NCBI RefSeq assembly: GCF_009834535.1
Contig: NC_045697.1
Location: 29,576,001 to 29,640,000 of the forward strand
Direction of reading: 5' to 3'
DNA from: Camelus ferus
Taxonomy: Eukaryota
Length of the DNA stretch: 64,000 bases
A model generated the notes under the pieces. That model made no database searches. It was not told where the DNA came from and was given only the letters and a program-made list of their open reading frames with translations. The first letter of the stretch is position 1. Every line of letters starts with the position of its first letter. Below, piece after piece: positions 38,299 through 52,100 of this stretch. The translations under genes were made by a program, and so were the position numbers.

Positions 38299-39324
38299 AT
38301 AAAGAATAAACAGAATAAAGAAACTGTATAAGAAACTACTTTATTGGTAAAATAAAAGCAATTAGATAATAAGAAACTAACAAATCTATGGGGGAATTGA
38401 TAGAAATTACTTCACAAAATAAATTATTTGATTCACAAATGGTTTTATATAAGGATTGGGATGATGAAAAAAACAAGGACATCACACAACAGAAGGCAAG
38501 TCTTCATAATGCCTCTTAGATTAAATACATCTGGTCCAAATAGATTGAGTAAATGGATTATCAAGAAGTAATAAAAGTAGGCCAACAGGCCTGGACATTT
38601 TTAGCTTCTATTGCAGGGGGAAAAGAGTGGAGGGTAGGGAGTGGGAGCTGTGAAATGAATTGCTTTGAATGGTAATCCCTTGAAAGTAATGCTGAAACTT
38701 CCTATTGGTTTATATTAATTACTGAGAGGGCCACTGATTGAATTTTGGTAACATCAAAATTTTTGCATGAGGGAGTAAAGTGGGAAGAGGCAGTAAGTCC
38801 ACATCAGTGAGTGAAACATCATGGTTCACAAAAACAACTAAAATGTGTAATTTTCCACCTACTAGTCCTCTAAGCTTTCCTCCCTAAGTTCACCTACTTT
38901 TACAAAAAAAAAAATTGGCTTTTATTTATGTAAAATAATTATGAAAATTAATTAATCTCACCTAAACTTTCAGCAGTTTAGCATGACGAAAATATAAAGA
39001 ATTTCCCAGTTGGAAACCAAATCATGGAACGCTACGTTAACTATCCCTGAGAGAATAACCACAACAGTGCAACAAATTATAAGAGCAAATTATAATAGGC
39101 AGTGAGACAAAAACATCACCTAAGAAGAAGAAAAGTCATTGTAAAAAAATTCATTATTTTAAAAGCACTGATTATTTAAACTCTTCATACAAGGGTAAGG
39201 CAAAGGGGTCTCATTCATTGCCAAATGACAAAAATAAAATACAGAAGTCTAATATTAAACTGATACAAATACCAATTTGCTTAGTATAAGAATGACTTGT
39301 AAGTAAAAGTCATAAAAGCCAACT

Positions 39325-40323
39325 TCTGAGGAAAATCAACAAAACCAAGAGTTGGCTCTTTAAAAAGACCAACAAAACTGACAAACCTTTAGTTAGACTA
39401 AGAAAAAAAAAAAAGAATATTCATATAACTAAAATCGGAAATGAAAAAGAGAACACTATCAATTTTACAGAAATACAAAAGATTATAAAAGAGTACTGTG
39501 AACAACTGTATGCCAACAAATTTGATAACCTAGATGAAATGAGCACATTTCTAAAAACACCAAGATGGCATTATGAAGAAAGCAAATCAGACCTCTAACT
39601 AATAACAACATTGATCAGTAATCTTAGATAAGAAAAGTCTAGGACCAGATGGCTTCACTGGTAAATTCCATCAAACATTTAAAGAAGAATTAACTAACAT
39701 CAATCCTTCTCAAGCCTTCTAAAAAAATTAAAGAGGGGGGAACACTTCCAAACTCATCCTATGAATCCAGCACTACACCAAAAACTACAGAACATTATCC
39801 CTTATGAATATTGATGGAAAAATCCTCAACAAAATATTAGCAGAATATTAAATTAAACAGAATATTAAAAGTGGGATTTATTGCTGGAATACAAGGATGG
39901 TTCAACATATGAAAATCAATCAATATAATACAACACATTAAAAATTAAGGAAAGAAACATATGATCATCTCAATTGATGCAGAAAAAAATCTGGCAAAAT
40001 TCAACACCCTTTCATGTAAAAACACTCAACAAATTAGGAACAGAAGGAAATGACTTCAATAAAACAAAGGCCTTATATGAAGGGCCCACAGCGAACAACA
40101 TACTCAATGGTAAAAGGCTGAAAGCTTTTCCATTAAGATCCAGAACAAGACAAGAATGCCCACTCTTGCCACTTCTGTTCAATACAGTACTGGAAGCTCT
40201 AGCCAGAGCAATTAGATAAGAAAAAGAAATAAAAAGCATCCAAATTGGAAAAGAAGAAGTAAAATGATCTCTGTTCACAGATGACATGAAAACCCATCAC
40301 AGATGTAACAAACACTAAAGATT

Positions 40324-40376
<53 letters not shown>

Positions 40377-40745
40377 GGTAGAACTAATAAGCAAATTCAG
40401 CAAAGTTACAGGATATAAAATCAACACACAAAATCAGTTGTATTTCTATACACTAACAATGAACAATCCAAAATGAAAATTAAAGACAATCCTATTTGTA
40501 ACAGTATCAAAAAAGAATAAAATATTTAGGAATAAACTTATCCAAGAAGGCAAAAGGCTTAATACACTTAAAATTACAAAAAGAAAGTGAAAGAAATTCA
40601 AGAAGAGTCAAATAAATGGAAGGACATCCTGCGTTCATATACTGAAAGACTTAATATTGTTAGGATGTCAGTACTGCCCAAAGTGATGAAGATTCAATGG
40701 TATCCTTATTAAAACGCCAATGAATTTTTTGCAGAAAGTGAAATC
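39325..40745 (+). mobile_element. Decayed LINE-1 ORF2 segment including the reverse-transcriptase domain
   Basis: Fragments encode 'GPDGFTGKFHQTFKEEL', '[32 protein letters not shown]' and 'LFTDDM' (FADD catalytic motif position), with stops and frameshifts. Confidence 0.9.
40325..40374 (+). repeat. (CA)25 microsatellite inside the L1
   Basis: Uninterrupted CA run, read directly. Confidence 0.95.
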
Positions 40746-41452
40746 TACATAATATTCTCTTTTAATAAATTTTAAGGGTGAATCACTCCAAGTTATCAAA
40801 AAAAATCAATAATAATTAAATAATTAACCTGTGAACTAATATATTGAACACAGTAAATTGGAAGCTACCATTCAGATACACAGAGGATCCAACATTTAAA
40901 ATAGGGTGGCATCATCACTACCATTCAGACTGACAATGGACTAAATTCACAACTTTTTGCATGGGATAATCACAGGCGAGATTTGGTGAGCCTGCCTACC
41001 ATTGCACCTGAAAAGCTTATCAGCAGAATAGTATAATATCAGATAATGGGAGGAATAGTCCGGTAACAGATGCCTGGGTCTCCAGCAACAGTCACAAACC
41101 AGGGCAGTATCAAGACAGGTAAAGACCATCATCAGATACAGAGAGGCTCAATCTGTTTAAAAACTGGACTCTGTACTTTCAGGAGTTATTATAGACACAA
41201 CAGAATTTCTGATTGACAAGGACCTTTAAAATCAAATTACATGTGAAAATCATTTTATGGATAAGAAAATGAGGACCCCAGGAAAAGGTGCCTATGTCGC
41301 TCAAGGTCATATAACTTGCAGTTAGCAAAACCTGGACTAGAATCTAGGTTTCTGGTACTCCTCCATCTTCCCTAATCAAACTCCTGAGCTTAAGGTTGAG
41401 AGAACAACATCAGTCTTTCGGCAGAAAAAGTCTCCACACAAAATGATTTCTT

Positions 41453-42311
41453 TTTCTTTCCAGTTTTACTGAGCTATAATTGATATATAACATTGTGTTA
41501 CTTTAAGGTGTGCAATATCTGATTTGAAATACATATATATAACAAAATGATCACCACAATAAGGTTAGTTAACAACCATCACCATGCCATAGCTAAAAAT
41601 TTTTTTCTTGTAATGAGAATTTTAAAGATCTACTTTCTTAGCCACTTTCAAATATACAATATAGTATTGTTAACTATAGTCACATGCTGCACACTATATC
41701 CCAGAACTTATTTATCTTATAACTGGAAGTTTGTATCTTCTGACTACATCTTCCCACCCCTAAACCCCTCACCTCAGACAACCACCAATTTGTTTTCCGT
41801 TTCTCTAAGTTTGGGATTTTTTAGATTCTACATATTAAATGAGATCGTACGGTATTTGTCTTTCTCTGTCTGACTTATTTCACTTAACGTAATGCCTTCA
41901 AGGTCCATCCATGTTGTCGCAAATTGCAGGATTTGCTTCCTTTTGATGGCCAAATAATAGTCCCTTGGATATATATACCACAGTTTCTTTATCCATTCAG
42001 CTGTTGATGGACACTTTCATGTCTTGGCTATTGTAAATAATGCTGCAATGAACATGGGATGCAAATATCCCTTCTAAACAGTGATTTCATCACCTTCAGA
42101 TGTTTACCCACAAGTAGAATTGCTGGATCTTATAGTAGTTCTATTTTTAATTTTTAATTTTTTGAAGACCCTCCATACTGTTTTCCATGGTGGCTGCACA
42201 ATTCTATAATCCCACCAATAGCGCCCAAGAGCCCCTTTTCTCTATATCCTCGCCAAGATTTTTTATCTCTTGTATTTTTGATGACAGTCATTCTAACAGG
42301 TACAAGATGAT
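41453..42311 (-). mobile_element. 5'-truncated L1 (L1MA9-like 3' end)
   Basis: Reverse-strand L1 3' UTR and ORF2 end ('aggtccatccatgttgtcgcaaattgcagg', 'gctattgtaaataatgctgcaatgaacatggg'). 16-bp TSD at 41437-41452 / 42312-42327. Confidence 0.88.
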
Positions 42312-44463
42312 CACAAAACAATTTCTTGAAGATTCTTACCACATCAGTATATACCCAGTATGACTAAACAAACTCACGCCTGCCTTAGGAAAGGAATGTC
42401 CTAGGATTACATGGAAGCCTCTGTACTGATTCTGATAGCTGTGGTTATTGTCCTCTTGTCCCTGGGGAAAGGGGTTAGGGTCTGCCCTGTGAGAGGTGGA
42501 CTTCCCAATTATTCTGGAAGAGGCAGAGCCAGAGGTAAGAAATGGGAACTAGCAAGGAAAGATCTGGCAGAAGGAAGAGGGAAACCTTCCCTCTTCTACT
42601 AGGGCCTTAATCTCTTTGATGCCTGGCCTCTACATCTAAACATACTGACAGTCACTTCTGGGGGAGGGGGTTGAGCCTGATGAGAATGGGTCTTGGCCTG
42701 CCATATCTAGGAGCCAATTTTAAGAGATTCTCGGGGTTTTGTTAAAAGTCATAAATCTGACTTTTATCTACTGTGGAGAGTTAAGAACATGTTTTCAGGC
42801 TAGGGATGGAGTGGAAAGTGGGAAAGCAGAGTCCCAAAGAGCTACCACAGTGCTGGCAGCACTGATTAGCACAGTCCCCAAAGAAACAGGGAACCTCAGG
42901 GACAGGAATCCAGGCATGTAAGCTAGGCTCACCTTATCATACAAAGATGGTGTGCTTTCCTGATCAGCACAGAAGAGGAGGCATTAATTTATAACTAGGA
43001 GATGCAATGGGTTTCCTTGCACATCACCCCAGGTTAAACACAGATTTCTTGATACCAATAACACAGGATGACATTCAGTGGGTGAGCACTGTGATCATCG
43101 TGCAGAAGGTTTACATCAGCACCCATTCTGACTGGCTGGAATTTGGCTGTCAACTATTTTGAGTCTCACCCTCCCAACAGTAACACATGTCTCTCCATCT
43201 CAGTTTCTGCTATTGACCCCTAAGCCTGGGAGAACACCAACCTTTGTGTTATACACTTAGCACTTATCCCAGATTCAGCAATGAATACATACCCTAATAA
43301 TAAACACTAAGCAATACATATTACTATTCCCACTTTCTAGGCTAGAAAATTGAGGTTCAGAGAAAGAATCCACCCATAGATTGCCTAAGGCAGAACCAGA
43401 ATTTAATTCCAAAACAAAAAGAATTTTAGAATTGTATAGTCCCTCTGCTCTGGAAATCTAGCCTCTGATGAAAGACAGTGCAGGGAACAAGAACTTCTGG
43501 GACTGGAAGGTAAATATATCACTATTTCACAGAATATTAATACAGAAAAGATTGGTCCTAATAAGTATCATTTTAATCCTACCCAACTCTCGTACTGCAA
43601 TTATTGTCAAGCGTTATCTGAATACCTAAAAAGCTTTTACATATATCTGTATGACAAAACACTAGTCTGTGTCTTCAAATCCATGCATATGAACTATAAA
43701 GCCAATTTACCCCTATTTATTAAGAGAAAACCCCCCACACATATTCTATTAACGCACTGGCAGCCCCTATGTGAATGACTCATTTGATTAAAATATTACT
43801 ACCGTTTTCCAAAAAAGACACAATTGAACAGAAGATTTAGTGAAAAAACTTGAATTTAACAATTTCTCCTTCAGTCATTTATTTAAACCTCTGACAAAAA
43901 CCTCTCTGGTAAGAAATTATTTCCTTTACTTTCTACTTAGAAAACAAATGAAAATGCATCTGAACTAAATCAGCACTGCTGTGGCAACAATGAAACTCTA
44001 AACAAAAGCTGATGATCATGACAAGATTTTCTCAAAGGATGCTAGAGGCCCCAAACACTACCCACCATCAGGACAACCTTTAAATGCCCTTTCGCACAGG
44101 GCTCTGCCAGCCACTAGTTGTAATTAAAGTTCTTTCTGTTGAAATTGGCTTATTTCTTGCTACATCTGATTCTTTTCTCTTCTTTCTACTTATTATAAGA
44201 GATCCAGACACTAGTCTAATATGTAATTTTTCTGGTACTACATCCACATTAAGTTAATTTATCAAAGTAGTCTGAATACTTCAAAGATTTCTTTTTTTTT
44301 AAGATGTAGAATGACATCAGATTTCCTTATTAGTAGGATGGCTATTTAAATTTGTTACTGGTTTTCGTGTTCAGGACAAACAATTTTTCAACCTTGGGTG
44401 AAAATACTTGCAACAGGTTAAAGTGACTGTGTTTTACCTTAGGACAAGTGTTGCATGCCAATT

Positions 44464-44498
<35 letters not shown>
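44464..44498 (+). repeat. (TG)n(AG)n compound microsatellite
   Basis: Read directly. Confidence 0.9.
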
Positions 44499-44604
44499 AT
44501 ACTTCAGAATTGAATTAAAAGATGTAAATTAAAAATTTGTTGTGTATCTAATCTGCCCCAGGTTCAGTAAATAAACAATTATTTTTTAAAAACAAAACAA
44601 AAAC

Positions 44605-44701
44605 AAAATACTTGATATTTAAAGGGGGCATTATTAAAAATAATAACAGGCAACAGGCATAGCCAAGATTGTCCCAGAAAACTGACACGTATGGCCACCC
44701 T
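44605..44701 (-). mobile_element. MER94-like hAT MITE fragment
   Basis: 'aaagggggcattatta...caacaggcatagccaagattgtcccagaaaactgacacgtatggccaccct' resembles the MER94 terminus. Confidence 0.55.
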
Positions 44702-46705
44702 ACTTATTAAGGAATCAAATGCTACACTTAAAAGCTGAAAGCCTCAAAAAAGCAAAATAAAGCTCACAGTGGGAAAGGGGGACACAGTGGGTCATGTGAG
44801 AACAGAAAGTCAGAAAAGTCCAGATAAAAGATCAAAAGAAAGCTCAAGCACCCACACCCAGTGGCATTTCCAGGTTCCCTAAGCACAGCTCCTCCCCACC
44901 TTGGATATTAACAGTCCATACATATGAGTCAAGTCTGTCGTACATCATGTGCTCTCCTTGCTTACTTAACAGTTTATTTTATTGCTACTCTCAGTCCTCC
45001 TTGATACTACCTTAACTTATCCCACCCCCAACCCCCCACCCCCCAAGAGCTTCCTTTCCCCTCTCTTCCTTATTTTATGTCCCATCTCTGAGCCAATAAA
45101 CTAGAGTTACTGGGCACTTGCTACATACATACCAGGCACTGTGCTGAGTCCTCCTACATAAAATGGGGGTTCCCACACCGAATTAAATGCAGTCCTTGCC
45201 ACGTAACTGTTCAGATTTTTGTTTGCCACACTTTTTAAAACAACACAGTTTCACTCCAACCTCCATTTCTAAGCAAACTAATCAAGGACGACAGTGGCCA
45301 AGGTTCCCAGTGAAGCCACCTCCCTGCTGATTTGTAGATAGTTCAGTATATACACTGAAATAAAATAAGAATAAACTGAGCAACTTTTGTTTAAGGCGTC
45401 AAAGTTTCTGCATCTTAAAACCTTATAAAAGCTCCCATTCGCCCAACCAAGACACTGCAGCTTCGCGGGGCAGGGCAGGGGTGAGGGGACAAACGCTCTT
45501 TCTTATAGCCCAATTTCCTCCTTGACGATGATGGAGGATTATGTCTTGCCCACCGCTGCATTTCCAGCACCTTGCAGAGTGCCTAGCACAAAATAGACAC
45601 CTAATAAGTACGTACTGAGTAAATGAATGAACAAGGGGCTCGTGGTTAGCGACTTTTTTTCTTGATTCCAATGCCTCAGGATCTTTGCTGTGTTGATTAT
45701 CTCCCCTCAAAAGGCAGCCCACTCCTTCCTTTCCCCCTGACAGTAACAGCTTTGAAGTCAGCCCAAAACCCTGGATCAAATACCAGCCACTAAATAGCAA
45801 TGTAACCACGAACAAGTTTTCTAATCATTCTCTGTGCCTTATTTTTCTTATCTATAGAAGAGAGATAGCACTATCAAGTGTGCAAGGTTTCTGTGGTATT
45901 TGTGAGATTTGGAAACAATTTATGTAAAGGGCCAGCCAGGAACCCAATAAATATGTGCTGGATGAAAGAATAAATTGCCATTCTGTTCTGTGGCTCCACA
46001 TCAAAGTGTAACCATCAAAGTGTAATTTGTCATTTAACAATAGATATGCATCAAGAGTTGTAACACACAACTGGAGTCTGTCTGCTACGGAACATCAAAG
46101 GAAGAGTTTAACATCTGCTCTTAAATGCAGGAAAACAACAATTAGTCCACAAGTAAAAAGGAAAGGTGTGCAACCTAATTTCATCTTTCCCACCACCATC
46201 ACCATGTATTGAGGGATTACCAGCTTACAGCAGACCGAAGGTTTCTTGCAGGGGTCACAAGCTGGGGAAGGTAACCCAGGAAACGGTTTTTAAATTCAGC
46301 ATTTATTGATAGCTCCTGCTTTTCACCGTCAAGAATGTACAGGCCATGCCTGCCCTTACTTCAAAGTGCAAAACTAAGCAGTCAAAAACCGCAAGAGTAA
46401 GACTGAGGTTGACGAGCTCTTTTATCCAACTTGCTTGCTCTTCCAGCAATCTAAGATAAAAACTTCAAAAGGGAATAACATCACATATCTTTGTGCAACT
46501 TTAAATTTATGAAACGCGTGCCTGTGACGGCCAGGCAGATGTCAGTTTCTGCAGCAGAGCCAAGGTCTGAGTTCCCTTCTGCTGCTTCCCCACTTCTCCG
46601 GGCCCGAGCAGCAGCCACGGGAAGGAGCAGCTCCCTAGGCTCTGTTTCCAGCACACCTGAACCTGCCCTCTCCTGAGGCCACGAGAGCTATTTCCGGGCC
46701 CTCAC

Positions 46706-46797
46706 CTTCTTCTTTTCCAGTAACTGCGGCACAGACAAGCTAGGAAACTTCCCCAGGGTTTGCTTTCCTTCCCCGCAGCTCACCTGTGCTTACTCTC
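46706..46797 (-). other. Weak candidate non-coding exon (92 nt)
   Basis: Acceptor 'ggtttctttcatcttccag|GAGA' and donor 'AAGAAG|gtgagg', plus two internal donor-like sites. Confidence 0.28.
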
Positions 46798-48024
46798 CTG
46801 GAAGATGAAAGAAACCCCAGAGTTTTTCAAAGCCCAGAGGCAGTGCTGATCTCAAATAACATTTTCCGTTTTCTTAAAAGCCATCATTTCCTCCTCTCCT
46901 CCGGCACACAGAACGGGAAGCAAAGCCCAAACGGCCTCCTCAGGGTGCACGAAAGTAACAGTAGACATTACAAAAGAACATGAACTCTGGTTTAAAAACT
47001 GCAAAGGGTCATCCTGGGATAAACACGGGCTATAATACTGAACCGTCAAATTCAGTTCTACAAGCTCACAATTCTGGCCTCCTTCAAAGAGTATCTGAGC
47101 AAAAGTGGCCCCCTTTGGATACAGATGTTTTTACCCTAAATTCCCAATCAGCCAGGCACACGCATCTACCATCACAATCTTTTTTCTTATCCATCCTCAT
47201 TTGACAGATGCCTTCTTGCCAACAGTCACAGAGTTCACAAGCAAACTAAGCTGCAAATCCAGGCAGCCTGACCCCAAGGGCCTCCAATAATCTGCTCTGA
47301 ACCAGGAAGGCACTTCTGTGTCTTGTCTAAATCTGAGTCCAGCCAGGACCAAACAGGAATGACCATCAGCACAAGGGTTCCACATATTTTTACAAACTGA
47401 AGTCCTTACTTGCCTGAATGATAGTGTAGTACTTTTTATGGACTCAAAAATATCATTTAAGATAGTTTTATACCTGCCATAGCAATGAAGCAGCAAGCAC
47501 AGCTCTACAGCCCCCGACAGGGCAGAAAAGCAGCACACTGCAGCCTTGGCTTCAGTTTTGGATGGCAAGTCACAAATTATTTTTCAGACAAAACAGCAAT
47601 CAGGAATTTCCTGAAACTTCAGGATCGATCTAGATAGCAAACTATAATATAAACACAAAAAAAAACTAAATATTAAACTAAAATCCAATGACCCCCTTTT
47701 AAGTTCCACTTGACAATAACTGGTACAGAAGCTTCACATATATAATTTTAAAATGCTGAATTTTAGGAGACAGAAAACATCTTAGAGATTATTCATCTTA
47801 TCAATGCCCATTTTATTGAGCAAAGACTTATGAAAGACAAAGAAAAAAAAGTGAGAGACTGGATCCCAGGCCTCAACACCTTACAATCTATTAAACTGAA
47901 CATTCTGTGAACAACTATTACTCAATTCAAGTTAAGAACAATAAAAGATAAAATTAGAATATGTTACAGAGAGATTCAAGTAGAGTATTAAGGGAGTTCG
48001 ACACATACAAATGATTACTTCTAA

Positions 48025-48240
48025 GCACAGTGGTTAAGAGCATATACATGGGACTCATGTAGACCTAGGTTCAAGTCTTGACCTCACCACTCCCAAGCTG
48101 TGTGACATTAGACAAATTATTTCACCTCCTTAGGCCTCAGTTGCAAAATCTGTTCGATAAGGAGATAACACCTACCTCTCAGAACTGATATAGGACTAAA
48201 TAAGATACCTAAGATTCTTAATGCAGTTCCCAGCACACAA
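48025..48240 (+). mobile_element. MIR SINE
   Basis: 'gcacagtggttaagagcat...agacctaggttcaagtcttgacctcaccact...gctgtgtgacattagacaaattatttcacctccttaggcctcagtt'. Confidence 0.8.
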
Positions 48241-48679
48241 CTGCTAGCAGTGGCTTCCAGTCTGAGACGTCTTATTTCTCCACCCCCCACGTCTAGGTAC
48301 TTCTCTGACCAATGTCCCTTAACTGCTCTGTCCAGGGCCCTACTAGATCCTACTACCAACTCCCCTTTAAAGATGAGGAAATGGACTTTGAGAAGATGGG
48401 AAACATGCCCAGCGTCATACAGTTAGTAAACAGAACACCATACCCACCTCTTTTAGGCCCTAGAGTACACGGTTATTTCTTTGTCTAATCTTTCCTATTA
48501 TCTTATAAGCAATTAAAAGGCATGTAGGAGCATCTTATGGTACAAATTTTTAACAGTGCCCTCTCTAGGTAGGCCCAGCCCCAACAGCATACAGCTTGTG
48601 AGTAACATGTTGGATAGTTATCAGTCCCCACTACCCAACACTCACACATACCCTTGTGCAGTGAACAACCCACACAACC

Positions 48680-49110
48680 TCACACAGCCACCCTGGATCT
48701 CCAGTCTCCAGTATTCTCTTTTTCAGTCCATAATCCACACTGCCCCCCAAGTGATCCTCATAAAACTTCTATCTAATTATGAAATTTCTTCTACCTTAAA
48801 ACTCTAACAGCTATATATTGCTTTTAAAAAAAAAACCAAGTCTCCGGGGTGGCACACGTAGGCCTCACCACTCTGGCACCAAGTCTTTTCAGTCTCAGAG
48901 CCTGCTCCGCTCTCAACATGCCCCCACCCGTCACAGCAGAATTCTGGCCACTCTCTGAACATGCCGTGAGCCTCCATTCCTCTGTGCCTTGGCACGTGCT
49001 TTCCCTTCAGCCCCACTACTCTCCCCTTTCCTGTCTTCTAACACAGCCCTCCAGACTTATTTCAATGTCGGCTCTTCAGTGCAGTGAACACATGTCATGG
49101 TTCCTCAGGA
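48680..49110 (+). mobile_element. LINE-2 fragment
   Basis: 'cagtccataatccacactgccccccaagtgatcctcataaaac...ctctctgaacatgccgtgagcctccattcctctgtgccttggcacgtgct'. Confidence 0.6.
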
Positions 49111-52100
49111 AATGACTGCCCCTTCGTCAGCAGGCCCATGGCATTTGTGGGTCTAGCTTCTCCCAGAGCTCACAGAAGTCAGATGGACATCGCACGGGCT
49201 GTCCAGTTGGATGGATTGGAGTTGGAATCCTAACTCAAACATTTTCTAGCTGTGTGAATGTGAGCAAGTTACTTCCCCCACTGGGTTTCAATAATCCTTA
49301 TCCTAAGAATTACTGTGACAATCTAGAGACTCACTGCTATGACTTCCACACTTGTTCAGACAGGGGAGCCAATTTAAGGGCAGAATACCAAGAAATCTTG
49401 GTGTACTTAATTGTATCACATGAACCAAGAACTATTCTACTAGGAGAAATTATGACTACATTACATGCATACAGGTTCCCAAATATATGTGTGTGTGCAC
49501 ACGTATGTGTGTATAAATATATACATACATGTTTTTAAAATCATTGTTCTAAGTTTATCAATTCAATGCTTGTTATTTATTAACTTTTTTTTTCATTTGC
49601 TAATTTAACTCAACAAGTAGTAGCAGGTACCAAAGTTTAGGAAAATATAATGGAAGAAAAAAACTTAAAGATTAGAAAATTCTATTCATGATTTATTTTG
49701 GAAGAGATGGGTCAATAAATACCATTACTGAATGTTAGTGGTCAAACACCTCATTTAAGAATATCCAGCCCACTGCTTGTCGCATGTTAGATACTGAATA
49801 AATGTTATTTGAATCTGATTTTGAAACTCAAATTAAATTCCTTGAAAGCAAGGGCACATCTCATTCATCTTTGAATAATGAGCTCCTAACACAAGGCCTG
49901 GCACACAGTAGTTGTGCAAAAGATGTTGGCTTAATAAATGAACCTAAAATTGAGAAGGCATGCAAAGGTCTATAATACATTTTGCATCTCTAATTAATCT
50001 GGATTTCAATCTGCTCCAATAATTATATTACAAAGTCTAGGAAATGTTCCTTCTGTACCCATATCTTCATCTGAGATATTTAGAGCTTCTTGGGAGGGAG
50101 GGAAACGTATGTAGACTCCTTCCTTAGGCACAGAAATATTGATGAAGACAGCTATACAGGAGGAACATGTCACCTGCGCTCTGGTAATACAACAGGGGGA
50201 CCAAAGAAGACACAACGCTTTATACACGGCACCTGTCAAACAGTGACATTTTCCATTTCGAACACATATCTAGTCCCAAAAGCCTCCTATTCAGAACATG
50301 TCTGGTTACAGTAAACACTGCAGAGACCGTAGAAGACAAAGCCTAGCCTACCCTATTTGCAGATGAAAAACCCACACCATATAGTTCACATATTTATACT
50401 CCCTTCTAACTGAAAGCCAGGATCGACTTAAATTAAACAAGAATCTAAGATCAAATTGTTCCTCTATCACTAAAAATGGTATTGTAGATATTTATTGGCA
50501 TAGGAATTCATTATTTATTGTGCAGTGGAAAAGGAAGGATACTAATTTGCAGCACATACTACTCTTGTAGTATTAACATATATCAGCACATACGTGTATT
50601 AAACAGAACAATCAATAGAAGCTATTTCTACTTCTTTTAAAATATTCCACGGCTAGTTTTTCAAAAGTGCGTCTACATTTTGTCAGTCTTATAGACTCAA
50701 GTTTCCAGAAGTCTACCTCAATAATAAAATACTTGAAATAAGGAAGACTTTGAAAACATATCTGTGATTAAGAAAAAAATAAAAGTACAGGACAAAAGAG
50801 AGTTAAAAGGAAGTGTGGTAGGGTTCTGAATTTTCCCTAAAACTGTGTGCTTACCTCCCCCAAAAGAAATGACCAACTCATTTAAGTACCCCTTACAGTT
50901 CTCATAGTAGTGTCAGAACATTCTCTTATGACTTTTCTAAATTTCAGAAAGAACTTCCTTTCTTCTCCCCCAACCCCGCCTTCTCCCTTAACATTTACTT
51001 CCACATAGCTAGTTCTTCAGGACTAGATTTATGTGGAGCATTTCTATGCATTATAACTGCCTTTTTTTTTTTAACTTAAAGGTCAATTGTATACATCCTT
51101 CTGTGCATATAAATTTTCATGACATCAGTTTTAGTAAGCACGGATCTTTCTGCCATGCTCCCTCTGGTAACACAGGGGCTGTTTTTAGCTTATTAGGGTG
51201 ATCGAAAGCCCTACAGATGCCCTGCTTCCACAAAACAGAAAGGTAACTTTTACAGCAATTCCACAAAGGGAATATTTTGGTGTAATGGAAGGAAAATATT
51301 TCACCAGAGACTATATTAAACTTTAAATTATTTAAACTTTAAACTGCTAAATTATTTGAAAGGTAGTTTAAGTACCTTACTTTCTGGGGCTAAGTTATAT
51401 TTCCAATCTAAATACCACTGCAAATATCTGGATCCTAAAGCCCAGAGAATTAATCTTTTGCTCTTTCATCCCACTTCTGTGGACAGATGGGTGACTTCCA
51501 ACATAATCCTCTTTCAAATATCCTTCCAGGATGGAATAATAACTACACCACATAAGATTTCCTTTATTTTAAGCTTAATATGTGAATACAAGGCTAAAAA
51601 AATCCAACTAAATATACTGCTATCATTTTTTTAAATTCCATTAACAAACGTATTTCACTATTGGAAATATTTCACTGTAACAAAAAAATGTTTTCGAAGA
51701 CAATTTTCAAAGTCCTTGCTTTCAATGCATTTATATTTTAGGAGAGACTTGATGACCCTCAGGGGTTGTTTTTGTGACGTGTGTATACTCTGTGTGTGTG
51801 TACATAATATATTTTCAGCATAAATATCTTATTTAACTTCCAAACAGCTTCATAATTAAAGACCTTTAACTAAATTAAAATTGCTTCCAAGTAATACACA
51901 ATTTACTTACAAATAAATTAACACTACAAACAATATAACAACAAAATCTGATCTTACGTTTAATGCTTCTATGGAACTTCTAGAGCAAAGTTCTTTTCTG
52001 TCTTGCATTGTTTTAGAAATGTTTCACCTAGCTCATCTGTACAGACAGAAATGTAGAAGAGCTGTTAATACACAAGGAGTACAAAGTTTAGGAAACTATC

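Noticed and set aside
39974..40287. Reverse-transcriptase-like ORF as a novel RT system
   Set aside because: Ordinary decayed L1 ORF2 with many stops and indels.
39325..42311. Plus-strand L1 ORF2 and minus-strand L1 3' end as one twin-primed inversion
   Set aside because: They are separated by about 700 bp of unrelated sequence, including a MIR-like piece, and the minus copy has its own TSD, so they are independent insertions.
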